Source: an uncultured delta proteobacterium
GTDB taxonomy: Bacteria; Desulfobacterota; RBG-13-43-22
Reading direction: 5' to 3'
Assembly (NCBI GenBank): GCA_963843145.1
Contig: CAWJJC010000009.1
Location: forward strand, 1 to 42,753
Length of the DNA stretch: 42,753 bases
Shown in pieces: positions 17,691-25,998 of this stretch. The notes under the pieces are model-generated. The model was not told the origin of the DNA. It did no database searches and was given only the letters and a program-made list of their open reading frames with translations. Numbering within the stretch: position 1 is the stretch's first letter; each line of letters starts with the position of its first letter. Both the position numbers and the translations under genes were made by a program.

Positions 17691-17702
17691 CAGGCTACCG
17701 CC
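17691..17702 (-). promoter_or_regulatory. ops (operon polarity suppressor) element
   Basis: Minus strand reads GGCGGTAGCCTG, matching GGCGGTAGnnTG. It is preceded by a cccggt-tttg-accggg hairpin and lies between the RfaH-like gene and the MarR gene. Confidence 0.8.
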
Positions 17703-17831
17703 ATCCCCGGTCAAAACCGGGCGGTTGTTCAAAAGGAAGTCGAGGGACAGGGCAAAAAAGACGGCCCTCTTATTGTCTTTGAGGCGAAAGCGGGTTTTTT
17801 ATCATAAGCAAAAATTTTCTGAAATTTTTGC

Positions 17832-18332
17832 CTAGGGTTTAGACAAAAAAGCCTTGTCCACTTGGACCTTAGCGCTGTAATGAATGGTATTGAGTAAAAT
17901 CAGGACCCGGTCACTGGCCTTCATTTTTTTTAACACGACCCCTTCGAGACCCTCAAACGGACCTTCCTTAATCAACACCGGCCCCCCTTCGGGGAACTCC
18001 GCAGGCTCGAGGTGGAGATATCCATCCTGCATCCGCATTCGAAGACCTTCCAGCAACCCTTCGTCGATAACAAAAGGGTACCCTTCCTTATTCCCGACGA
18101 TCCGTTTAACCCCCCGGGTATACTTGATCATATGGTAATACAAGGAGGGGTCGAATCGGGAAAAAATATAACAAGGGAATAGTTCTTCAACAACTTCTTT
18201 CAAGGTTCCCCGGACAAATTTTTTCAGTTTCAATTTGGGATTAAAGACTTGGATACCATCATGCTTTAATAGTTTAAAGGTGACGATATCTTCCTGCTTC
18301 GCCTTAGTGTAAAGACAATACCAGTTTATCAT
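17832..18332 (-). CDS. rfaH: RfaH/UpxY-type NusG-paralog antiterminator
   Basis: NGN domain WYCLYTK..QE, LFPCYIF, IKYTRGV..IV; KOW domain VLIKEGPFEGLEG, RVLILL. Confidence 0.88.
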   Translation of the reverse strand: MINWYCLYTKAKQEDIVTFKLLKHDGIQVFNPKLKLKKFVRGTLKEVVEELFPCYIFSRFDPSLYYHMIKYTRGVKRIVGNKEGYPFVIDEGLLEGLRMRMQDGYLHLEPAEFPEGGPVLIKEGPFEGLEGVVLKKMKASDRVLILLNTIHYSAKVQVDKAFLSKP

Positions 18333-18380
18333 AACAAATTGTATTGATTGAGTAAATAAAATGTTCAGAGGTTGAACTTA

Positions 18381-18409
18381 GATATACCAAGCAGTGAAAT
18401 GTTTGTCAA
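18381..18409 (-). promoter_or_regulatory. Putative sigma70 promoter of the polysaccharide locus
   Basis: Minus strand TTGACA-17 nt-TATATC, about 50 nt upstream of the RfaH-like ATG. Confidence 0.55.
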
Positions 18410-18697
18410 GCATTTAATAGGGGAAAGATCGTTTAAAAAGCTTGGAATAACCCTATCCCCTTCTTATAATAATAAAGAATCAGGGGGGGGGACTGTCAAG
18501 AATTTTTTTCAAAAACAAATCAGCGGATGTGCCGCCAGGAGAATCTCTGGCCTTAATGGAAGCCAATGATTTGAATAAGGAAAAGCAAGTGGAAAACCCT
18601 TTCGCCGAGCCGCCCGCGGCCGAAGGCCCGATTTAAGACTTTGCGGCTATATACCGTGGCCGCTCACCCCAAAGGGCGAACAACCTTTTTCGTGAGG

Positions 18698-19141
18698 TCA
18701 AGAATTCAAGGCCTCCGGCAGGGACTCCACGTAAGCCTTGATTTCGTCACGAACACGACGGTAGGGCGCCAGGGCCTCCTCTTCGTCTGCGGCCCCGGCG
18801 GCGAGGCGCGGAGGATCGTCAAAGCCCACATGAAGTTTCCTGGTTTTTCCTGGGAAAAAGGGGCAGGATTGAAAGGCTGAGTCGCAGAGGGTGATCACGT
18901 AATCAAATTCCTGGTCCCCCAAGGCTTCCACGGTTTTCGACTTTTGGCCGGAAATGTTTAGGCCTGCCTCAGCCATGACTATAACCGCGCGAGGATCGAT
19001 CTCCTTTGGTTCGGTCCCGGCGGAAAACGGTTCAATCCGGTTCCCTTTCAATTTTCGGGTCCAGGCTTCGGCCATCTGGCTGCGGCAAGAATTACCGGTG
19101 CATAAAAACAAAATTTTTATTTTTTTCGGTTGCTGGTCCAT
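18698..19141 (-). CDS. arsC: Arsenate reductase, thioredoxin-type (LMW-PTP fold)
   Basis: ILFLCTGNSCRSQMAE, VITLCD...CP.FPG, FDDP and RRVRDEI motifs. Confidence 0.92.
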   Translation of the reverse strand: MDQQPKKIKILFLCTGNSCRSQMAEAWTRKLKGNRIEPFSAGTEPKEIDPRAVIVMAEAGLNISGQKSKTVEALGDQEFDYVITLCDSAFQSCPFFPGKTRKLHVGFDDPPRLAAGAADEEEALAPYRRVRDEIKAYVESLPEALNS

Positions 19142-19234
19142 CAACCATCCCCTTTCGTCCGGCGGTGCAGAACCGCGCCGATCAGGAATTTAATATATAT
19201 TGTTTCAACAACCAATTCCAGAGGAGAGATGAGT

Positions 19235-19570
19235 ATGGCCGATGAAAAGTTTTCTGCTGAAGGGGAAAAACGGGACAATCCCCGCGTCCAGTTGGGTCTG
19301 GTGGTTTTGATCCCTCCCGGGGATCAAAAGGTCATGTCTGAAAATTTTTCCCTGAAAGGATGCTTTTTGTCGCAAGTGGATTTAGGACCTCCGGGAAACC
19401 GGGTGATTATCAAAATCGACCTCCCGGGTTTCGGGTTTCTTGTCCTGGAGGCGAAGATTGCCCATAAGGGCCAAAACAACCAGGGTACCGGCTTGGAATT
19501 TGTTTCCCTCACCCCCGAGGCCAAGAAAAATCTATCCGATTTCCTGAACATTTTTGCCCTCGAACCATAA
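19235..19570 (+). CDS. PilZ domain protein
   Basis: EKRDNPRV (RxxxR), NFSLKGCF (D/NxSxxG) and GLEF motifs; GAGGAG RBS. Confidence 0.85.
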   Translation: MADEKFSAEGEKRDNPRVQLGLVVLIPPGDQKVMSENFSLKGCFLSQVDLGPPGNRVIIKIDLPGFGFLVLEAKIAHKGQNNQGTGLEFVSLTPEAKKNLSDFLNIFALEP

Positions 19571-19598
19571 GCAGCGCACCATCTGCTACCGGTAAAGG

Positions 19599-20618
19599 AT
19601 GACCATGTCTATTCCCCGATCTTCCCAAGAAGTTTCGAAGTTGGTTCAAGAGATAAGAAAATATCCCGGACTCCTCCGAAAACAGCCTATCGAAGCGGTT
19701 TTTGAAAGACTGGTGGCCGGCACCCCCTATGGGTCCCAGTTGCCCAACTACGGGGATGACGCCGCCGTGATCCCCTGGGGCGACGGGTTCCTGCTTTTGG
19801 CGGCGGATGGGATCATGCCCCAGCTCTTGATGCAGGAACCCTACGCCGCCGGCAAGGCCTCGATTATGGTGACGGTCAACGATATTTATTCCATGGGCGG
19901 CCGGCCGATCGCTTTGGTCAATGTGTTGTCCCACGGCGATGAAGAAGGGCGATCTCAAGTGGTGGAGGGGATCCGTCACGGGTGCGAGAAACTCCGGGTG
20001 CCCATGGTGGGAGGGCATCTGCATCCCGATCCCTCGATTGTCGTCCCCTCTCTGGCGGTGGCCATCCTGGGCTATGGCCGCCGGGTTTTGCGCAGTCACC
20101 TGGCTGCCTCGGGGGACAACCTGATCCTGGCGGTGGACCTCAAAGGGCAACGCGGCTGCCGCTCGGTGGTGAGCTGGGATGCGAATTCAGGCAAAAGCAC
20201 GGAAGAGCTTCTCTCCCGCCTGGAAACCATGCCGTTGATCGCCGAAAGGGGATTGGCCTTTGCGGCCAAGGATGTCAGCAATGCCGGAATCCTGGGGACC
20301 CTGTCGATCATGATGGAAAATTCGGGAAAGGGCGCCTTGGTGGATCTGACTGCCATCCCCGTCCCCCCGGAGATTGAATTACTGGATTGGTTGGTCTGCT
20401 TCCAGAGTTTCAGTTTCATTTTGGCGGCGGCCCCATCCCAGACCGGGGAGGTCCTGACGATTTTCAGGGAGCGGAACATCACCGCTGAAATCATCGGTCG
20501 GGTAACTTCGGAGCGAAAAGTGGTGATCGCCGACGGCGGCGATCACCAGGAATTATTTGATTTTGAAAAAGAAAAGATAACCGGAATAGATTCTTACATC
20601 CATTGTTCTGACCTATAA
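19599..20618 (+). CDS. AIR synthase/PurM-like protein (sll0787 / methanogenesis marker 2-like)
   Basis: YGDDAAVIP, LLLAADG, VNDIYSMGGRP, VGGH.HPD and AKDVSNAGILGT motifs. Confidence 0.85.
   Translation: MTMSIPRSSQEVSKLVQEIRKYPGLLRKQPIEAVFERLVAGTPYGSQLPNYGDDAAVIPWGDGFLLLAADGIMPQLLMQEPYAAGKASIMVTVNDIYSMGGRPIALVNVLSHGDEEGRSQVVEGIRHGCEKLRVPMVGGHLHPDPSIVVPSLAVAILGYGRRVLRSHLAASGDNLILAVDLKGQRGCRSVVSWDANSGKSTEELLSRLETMPLIAERGLAFAAKDVSNAGILGTLSIMMENSGKGALVDLTAIPVPPEIELLDWLVCFQSFSFILAAAPSQTGEVLTIFRERNITAEIIGRVTSERKVVIADGGDHQELFDFEKEKITGIDSYIHCSDL
20587..20611 (+). repeat. 25-bp direct repeat tagattcttacatccattgttctga (copy 1)
   Basis: Identical to 24378-24402. Confidence 0.9.
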
Positions 20619-23600
20619 TACCGGCTGGAACTTTCCCAGTCCCCGGGCAAATTGGTCCTGGTGCAGGATGGGCGTTCCGGGATGATCCAGGGTCGGGCAG
20701 GGCCACTGGAGGCCGACTTTTTCCAGGCGGTCGTAAGTGATTCCGGAATAAATAGGGGTCACCATACGGATTTCATAAAAAATGGATCGGGTGTCGGGAT
20801 AGGACAGGGGATAGCCCATGCGCGTCCCGATATCACCGATAACCTGCCAATCGGGTTTGGCCTTCCCCTGCGGTCGGAGGGCTCGACGTATCCGTTGGAC
20901 GCGGCGCTCGGTATTGGTAAAGGTACCATCCTTTTCGGCGAAAGAGGCCCCCGGCAACACTACCTGGGCCGCTTGGGCCGCCTCACTGAGAAAGATATCC
21001 TGGACCACCAGGAAGTCCAGGGACTTCAAGGCCTCAAGCAGTCGAGGCTCTGGCGGTTCGGAATCGGGGGGATCCCCGCTCAAGAGATACAAACCCCGGA
21101 TTTCCTTTTTTAGAAGCCCCTCCAACATCTCTTCGGGTGACGGCCCTAGTTCGCCGGAAAGTCCTCGCACCCCCCAGGTGATTTCCATTTTTTTTCGAGC
21201 CTCGAAATTCCCGACCGGCTGATAGCCGGGAAAGAACTGGGGCAGGCAGCCCAAGTCGCAGGCCCCCTGACTGTTGCTCTCCGTGCGCAGGGGATTCAGC
21301 CCGGCTCCGGGAAAACCCAGGCTTCCAGTGAGCAGGGCCAGATTGGCCAGGGCTTTGACCAGATCCGCTCCTCGGGCGTTTCGGGTGGTTTCCCGGCTGA
21401 GGAAGATCCCGACCTTGTCTCGGACGACCATCCGGGCGGCCGTTATCAGGTCCTTTTCAGAAATCCCGCTGATCTCGGAGACAATGGCCGGGGCGAAGGA
21501 AGTCAGGGAGGCGGCCCATTCCTCAAATCCTTCGCTGCGTTCCCTGACATAATCCCGGTCGTACAGCCCTTCATCGAGGATGATACGCATCAGCCCATTG
21601 ATCCAGGCGATATGGGTGCCCGGGCGAGGGTTCAAGCGGAGGTGGGCCATTTTCGCCAGTTCATTGTTCCCGGGGTCGGCCAGGATGAGACGGGCGCCCC
21701 TAAGTACGGCCCGCTTCATGGCGGCCCCGATCACCGGATGCTCCTGCGTGGGATTGGACCCGATGACCAGTAAGACCCGGGCCCGTTCGATTTCCCCGAT
21801 GGAGTTGGTCATAACGCCCAGTCCAAAGGCCGTTTCCAATCCCTCCAGGAAAGGGCCGGGTCTCATTCGAGTGGTCTGGTCGATGGCGTTGTTTCGAAAC
21901 AAAACTCGCACGAGCTTCTGCAGGAGATAGTTTTCTTCATTGGTCATCCGGCCGGAGGTCAGGGCGGCCAGGGATTTGGGCCCCTGCCGGTCGCGGATTT
22001 CGGTGAAGCGACGGGCCACCAGGGTCAGGGCCTCTTCCCAGGAGGCCTCCCGGAAGCGACCGGCTTCTCGAATCAGGGGCTGGGTTAACCGTTCGGAGTG
22101 CTGGACGAAGTCAAACCCGAAGCGTCCCTTCAGGCAAAGATGGCCAAAACTGGGAGGAATCCCCGTTACCCCATCTACCTTGACCAGGCGGTTTCCGGTC
22201 TTTTCCAAAAACAATTGGCAGCCTACAGCGCAGTAGGCGCAAGTAGTTTTGATCTTTTCCAATTTCCAGGGACCGGGCGGCGGCGGTGCCTTTTCTTCCA
22301 GGGCGCCGGTCGGACAGTGGGCTACGCATAGTCCGCAATGAACGCAACGTTCATTAATGACCGGAGAATAAATCGGGGGGCCCCCCTCGGACAAGGCGGG
22401 CCATTCGTTCAGTTCAAACGCTTCCTGGACCTGGTATTCCGAGCAACCATGGACGCACTGGCGGCAGGTGATGCACTTGTTGGGATCGATGGCGATATGG
22501 GAATGGTCTTCTTTGAGGGGGTGCACCCGTTTGGTCCAGATCGGCAGCTTGTCGATTTCCACCCGGTAGAGCTGGGCATAGGCGCGCAGGCGGCAGTCGA
22601 AGGCATCCAAACAGCCGCAGGAGAGGCAGCGAGCAGCCTCGGCCTGAACCTGGCTTTCGTTCAGGGTGTATTCCACCTCCTGAAAGTTTTGATGCCGATC
22701 GGCCAAGGGCCGGTGAAAGCCTTTTTGCCGGGGGGATATGGGGAGACCTTCGAAATTGGCTGGGTCCACATCCCTCAGCCGTCCTTTACTGATGTTGAAG
22801 GGCACGGGTTCCGGTTGGAGGGTCTGCCCGTTAAGGTACTGGTGGATGGAAAGGGCGGCTCGGCGTCCGTCGGCAATGGCCTGGATAACCGTCTGCGGGC
22901 CGCGGTAAAAATCACCGCCGACAAACAGATAAGGCAGGGAAGTTTGCAGGGTAGTGGCCTCGGCCTGGGGAGTTCCCCACTTGGTCAGGGCCAGGTCCTT
23001 GATTTCCGGGTCATGCTCCATAAAAGACAGGTCCACCGATTGTCCGATGGCCACGATGACCGTATCGGCTTCGATTTGGGTCTCGGAACCCGGCAGGGGA
23101 AAAGGCCGGGCCCGTCCGCTACCGTCCGCTTCCCGGAGTTCGTTGCGTATGAATTCCAGACCCTTAACCCGGTCGCTGCGGATCAAAAGTTGGGTTGGTG
23201 AAACCAGAAATTCCATCCGGGTGCCCTCTTCCTCCGTTGCCGCCACCTCTTCCGGGTGGGCCGGCATTTCCTTTCGAGAGCGCCGGTAAAGAAGGGTCAC
23301 GGTTTCCGCCCCGAGACGGACGGCCGTCCTGGCCGCGTCCATGGCGGCATTCCCGCCGCCGATGACCAGCACTTTTTCCCCCAGTTCCGGTGGTTTTCCG
23401 GCGGCGGTCAGGGTCAAGAAATCCAGGCCGGTAATGATGCCGGGCAGTTCTTCCCCGGGAAGCCCCAGGCGAGTGGATTTCCAGGCCCCGATCCCCAGAA
23501 AGACGGCTTCGTATCCCTGGCCGCGAAGTTGGGCCAGCGTAAAATCCTGGCCTAAGGCCTGGTTACAGCGGAGATCGACCCCTAGATCGGTAACTCCTTT

Positions 23601-24350
23601 TATTTCCTGATCCAAGAGATCGTTGGGCAGTCGGTATTCCGGTATACAATAGCGCAGCATGCCGCCCGGCTTATCTTTAGATTCAAAGAGTGTCACCTGG
23701 TGGCCGGAACGGCGGAGGTAATAAGCCGCCGAGAGCCCCCCCGGTCCGCTACCGATAACGGCCACCTTATGTCCGCTGGCCGGCGCGATTTCCGGTATCA
23801 CATAGACGCCCTGGGCCCAGGCATAATCGGCGGCAAATCGTTTCAGGGGATTGATGGCCAGAGGTTCCTCCACTCGGTTCCGCCGGCAGACGTCCTCGCA
23901 AGGGTGAGGGCAAACCCGCCCCACCACCAAGGGAAAAGGATTCCTTTCCTTGATTAATTTTACCGCCTCCAGGTAGTCCCCCCGGGCAATATGGGCCAGG
24001 TAGCCCTGGATATCGATCCGGGCCGGACAGGTCAACTGGCAAGGGGCCAGGCAATCCCCGTAATGCTGTTCCAGCAGGAGTTCCAGGATCTGACGTCGGG
24101 TCTCGATCACCGCTGCCGAGTCGGTCCGGACAGACAGGCCTTCCGAAGCCGGTGTGGCGCAGGAGGCGATTAACCTATCCGAACCCTGGACTTCGACCAC
24201 GCAGATCCGGCAGGCCTCTTCCGGCTTCAGCAGCGGGAAATGGCACAAGGTCGGAATGATTATCCCTTCCTCCCTGGCGACCTCCAAAATCGTTTTTCCG
24301 GATTCGGAATGAACGGTGCGTCCATTGATGGCCAGCGTGATTTGAGACAT
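20613..24350 (-). CDS. Fused [2Fe-2S] / GltD-like FAD-NAD(P)H / [4Fe-4S] / FdhF-like molybdopterin-fold oxidoreductase
   Basis: IPTLC...CRICVVEV...SC, GRVCPHPCE..CRR, GSGPGG, VIGGGNAAMD, CITCRQC, CVHCGLC, TTCAYCAVGC, HLCLKGRFG, FAEKDGTFTNTERR motifs; ATG at 24350 with AGGAG RBS. Confidence 0.9.
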   Translation of the reverse strand: MSQITLAINGRTVHSESGKTILEVAREEGIIIPTLCHFPLLKPEEACRICVVEVQGSDRLIASCATPASEGLSVRTDSAAVIETRRQILELLLEQHYGDCLAPCQLTCPARIDIQGYLAHIARGDYLEAVKLIKERNPFPLVVGRVCPHPCEDVCRRNRVEEPLAINPLKRFAADYAWAQGVYVIPEIAPASGHKVAVIGSGPGGLSAAYYLRRSGHQVTLFESKDKPGGMLRYCIPEYRLPNDLLDQEIKGVTDLGVDLRCNQALGQDFTLAQLRGQGYEAVFLGIGAWKSTRLGLPGEELPGIITGLDFLTLTAAGKPPELGEKVLVIGGGNAAMDAARTAVRLGAETVTLLYRRSRKEMPAHPEEVAATEEEGTRMEFLVSPTQLLIRSDRVKGLEFIRNELREADGSGRARPFPLPGSETQIEADTVIVAIGQSVDLSFMEHDPEIKDLALTKWGTPQAEATTLQTSLPYLFVGGDFYRGPQTVIQAIADGRRAALSIHQYLNGQTLQPEPVPFNISKGRLRDVDPANFEGLPISPRQKGFHRPLADRHQNFQEVEYTLNESQVQAEAARCLSCGCLDAFDCRLRAYAQLYRVEIDKLPIWTKRVHPLKEDHSHIAIDPNKCITCRQCVHGCSEYQVQEAFELNEWPALSEGGPPIYSPVINERCVHCGLCVAHCPTGALEEKAPPPPGPWKLEKIKTTCAYCAVGCQLFLEKTGNRLVKVDGVTGIPPSFGHLCLKGRFGFDFVQHSERLTQPLIREAGRFREASWEEALTLVARRFTEIRDRQGPKSLAALTSGRMTNEENYLLQKLVRVLFRNNAIDQTTRMRPGPFLEGLETAFGLGVMTNSIGEIERARVLLVIGSNPTQEHPVIGAAMKRAVLRGARLILADPGNNELAKMAHLRLNPRPGTHIAWINGLMRIILDEGLYDRDYVRERSEGFEEWAASLTSFAPAIVSEISGISEKDLITAARMVVRDKVGIFLSRETTRNARGADLVKALANLALLTGSLGFPGAGLNPLRTESNSQGACDLGCLPQFFPGYQPVGNFEARKKMEITWGVRGLSGELGPSPEEMLEGLLKKEIRGLYLLSGDPPDSEPPEPRLLEALKSLDFLVVQDIFLSEAAQAAQVVLPGASFAEKDGTFTNTERRVQRIRRALRPQGKAKPDWQVIGDIGTRMGYPLSYPDTRSIFYEIRMVTPIYSGITYDRLEKVGLQWPCPTLDHPGTPILHQDQFARGLGKFQPVL

Positions 24351-24377
24351 AGAGTACTCCTTGGAATCCTGTTGGGG

Positions 24378-24435
24378 TAGATTCTTACATCCATTGTTCT
24401 GAGAATTTGTCCCTAACAATGGATGTAAGAATCTA
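24378..24435. repeat. Palindrome with 21-bp perfect arms; the left arm is copy 2 of the 25-bp direct repeat
   Basis: tagattcttacatccattgtt - 16 nt - aacaatggatgtaagaatcta. Confidence 0.9.
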
Positions 24436-24603
24436 ATATGAAAAACGGTTTTTAAATCTTTGAAAGTGGTTTTTGTTACACCCAAAAAAATTTCAATTCT
24501 TTTTGGCTAGGCCTAAATCCAAAAAAGAAGCAACCTGTCCGGCGGGAAAGCGTTGTTGGTAAATTTTTAAACACTTTCGGGAGGGGAGTCAAATAGAAAT
24601 TAT

Positions 24604-24638
24604 AAAGAAAGGGCAGGGGGATTATAACCCCTGCCCTT
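24604..24638 (-). terminator. Rho-independent terminator
   Basis: aagggcagggg/cccctgccctt stem followed by tcttt on the minus strand, downstream of the GcvH-like gene. Confidence 0.7.
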
Positions 24639-24674
24639 ATGGAGAGTCAGATTAGGTTGCCTAAACGGAACGGG

Positions 24675-25583
24675 TTAGGACAAAAGGAACTGGCGGACGA
24701 AGTGGGCCCATTTATTGCCTTTCAGATGACCGGCGAAGTCCTGGGCCGGCATTCCCCCGTCCAGGGCGGTGGCTCCGATATCGCTCTGGATATGGGTGAC
24801 GAGACGGTCTTTTTCCTCCAAAAGCCACTGGTTGGCTTCTTTTCCGTATAACAGGCCCTTCAAATCGTTCTTCAAGGCGTTAGGTTCGACGACGAACAAC
24901 CAGCCGTCCTGGTACGGTTCCTGGTTGAGCAGTTCCGGATGGCTGGCCATCTTACTGTTGACATGGGTCACCGTGCCGTCGATCGGGGCCAGGACTTGAA
25001 CCTCCTGTTTTTTCCGTTTCAGGGACAACCCCGGCGCGCCCGGGCTTACTTTCTGTCCGACTTTGGGGAGGTTGATTTCTTCAATGTTCCCCACCACTCT
25101 TTGGGCGAAGTCGTCCAGTCCGACTCGGACCCGGCCGCCGAATTCGGTAACCGCCCAGCTATGGCCCCGGTGATAGTAGTAGCCCTCCGGCTGTCCAAAA
25201 CCGCCCACTAGGGGGATGTCTTGAATTTTGGAGGCGCCGGCCGGCGGTATCCGGTCCTGCATCATCTGGTCATAGGTGCATTCGCCGCATTGAAAGGCGT
25301 TGGGACAAATTTTATGAGCCACGGCGCCGTTCAGCATATACCGGCATTTGCGCTGCGAGGCCGGCAAGGACAGGAATTTTTTCATCCACACCTCGGTGGG
25401 TTGCCTGTCCTGTTTGATCTGCACCTTGCCGGAGCTTTCGTCCTGGGCCTTCTTGTACATGCCCTTATCGAAGTTACAATTCAGACAGTTGAAATTATTA
25501 TTGCACAATTTAAAGGAAACCACGCCCGCATCCATCCAGATACAGCGATTTTCAGCCGGGGCAAAGTTTAATTTTTCAGCCAT
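24675..25583 (-). CDS. Glycine cleavage H-like protein with two N-terminal Cys-rich repeats
   Basis: CIWM.AG....KLC....NC.NC.FD and CRYM..G....KIC....QC.EC.YD, then YYHRGHSW...VRVGLDDFAQ...APIDGTV..VN...PY.DGWL; ATG at 25583 with GGAGG RBS. Confidence 0.85.
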   Translation of the reverse strand: MAEKLNFAPAENRCIWMDAGVVSFKLCNNNFNCLNCNFDKGMYKKAQDESSGKVQIKQDRQPTEVWMKKFLSLPASQRKCRYMLNGAVAHKICPNAFQCGECTYDQMMQDRIPPAGASKIQDIPLVGGFGQPEGYYYHRGHSWAVTEFGGRVRVGLDDFAQRVVGNIEEINLPKVGQKVSPGAPGLSLKRKKQEVQVLAPIDGTVTHVNSKMASHPELLNQEPYQDGWLFVVEPNALKNDLKGLLYGKEANQWLLEEKDRLVTHIQSDIGATALDGGMPAQDFAGHLKGNKWAHFVRQFLLS

Positions 25584-25621
25584 GATGACCCTCCGTTGCG
25601 TATTGTTTTGACTATCTAACA

Positions 25622-25638
25622 AGCAAAGGTTGTGCCAA
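25622..25638 (-). promoter_or_regulatory. Sigma54 (-24/-12) promoter
   Basis: Minus strand TTGGCACaacctTTGCT, about 40 nt upstream of the ATG. Confidence 0.8.
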
Positions 25639-25786
25639 GAAGGGGGTAACTAATTTAACTAATTGATTTAATTAAAAAATAATATAATTTTGTTAAGTAA
25701 AGCCCCTTCCTTAATCCGACTGCCGTTGTTTTGAAAATATACAAAATACATGATTTAAATTATAACTTATTGAAAATATTAATATT

Positions 25787-25830
25787 ACATTATGTATAAA
25801 AAATAAACATTATGTATAAAAAATAAACAT
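25787..25830. repeat. Perfect 20-bp tandem duplication, putative enhancer-binding sites
   Basis: acattatgtataaaaaataa x2 plus acat. This produces two TGT-N11-ACA motifs about 150-190 bp upstream of the sigma54 promoter. Confidence 0.75.
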
Positions 25831-25917
25831 ATTTTATAAGGTAGAGGTCTGGCCCTATGGGGATTTCGTGAAAGCCCTGTTTGCCGGGGAGATATTTTAA
25901 ACCCCTCTCCCGAGGGA

Positions 25918-25963
25918 CTGGATTCCGGATCCCGTCACATCGCGTGACTCGTCCGGAATGACG
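25918..25963 (-). repeat. Half copy of the palindromic REP-like element
   Basis: Reverse complement reads cgtcattccggac...gatccggaatccag. Confidence 0.7.
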
Positions 25964-25998
25964 GTTTTTCATGGCGCTCCAAGCGCCTGGGGGAAGAC

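Noticed and set aside
22338-23201. 287-aa plus-strand ORF and similar antisense ORFs over pst, pyrF and GNAT
   Set aside because: Antisense shadows of well-supported GC-rich genes.
20613-24485. Selenocysteine formate dehydrogenase, and the longer 1290-aa start
   Set aside because: There is no in-frame TGA at the ligand position. The extra 45 N-terminal codons run through the palindrome, and ATG 24350 has an RBS and begins the 2Fe-2S domain.
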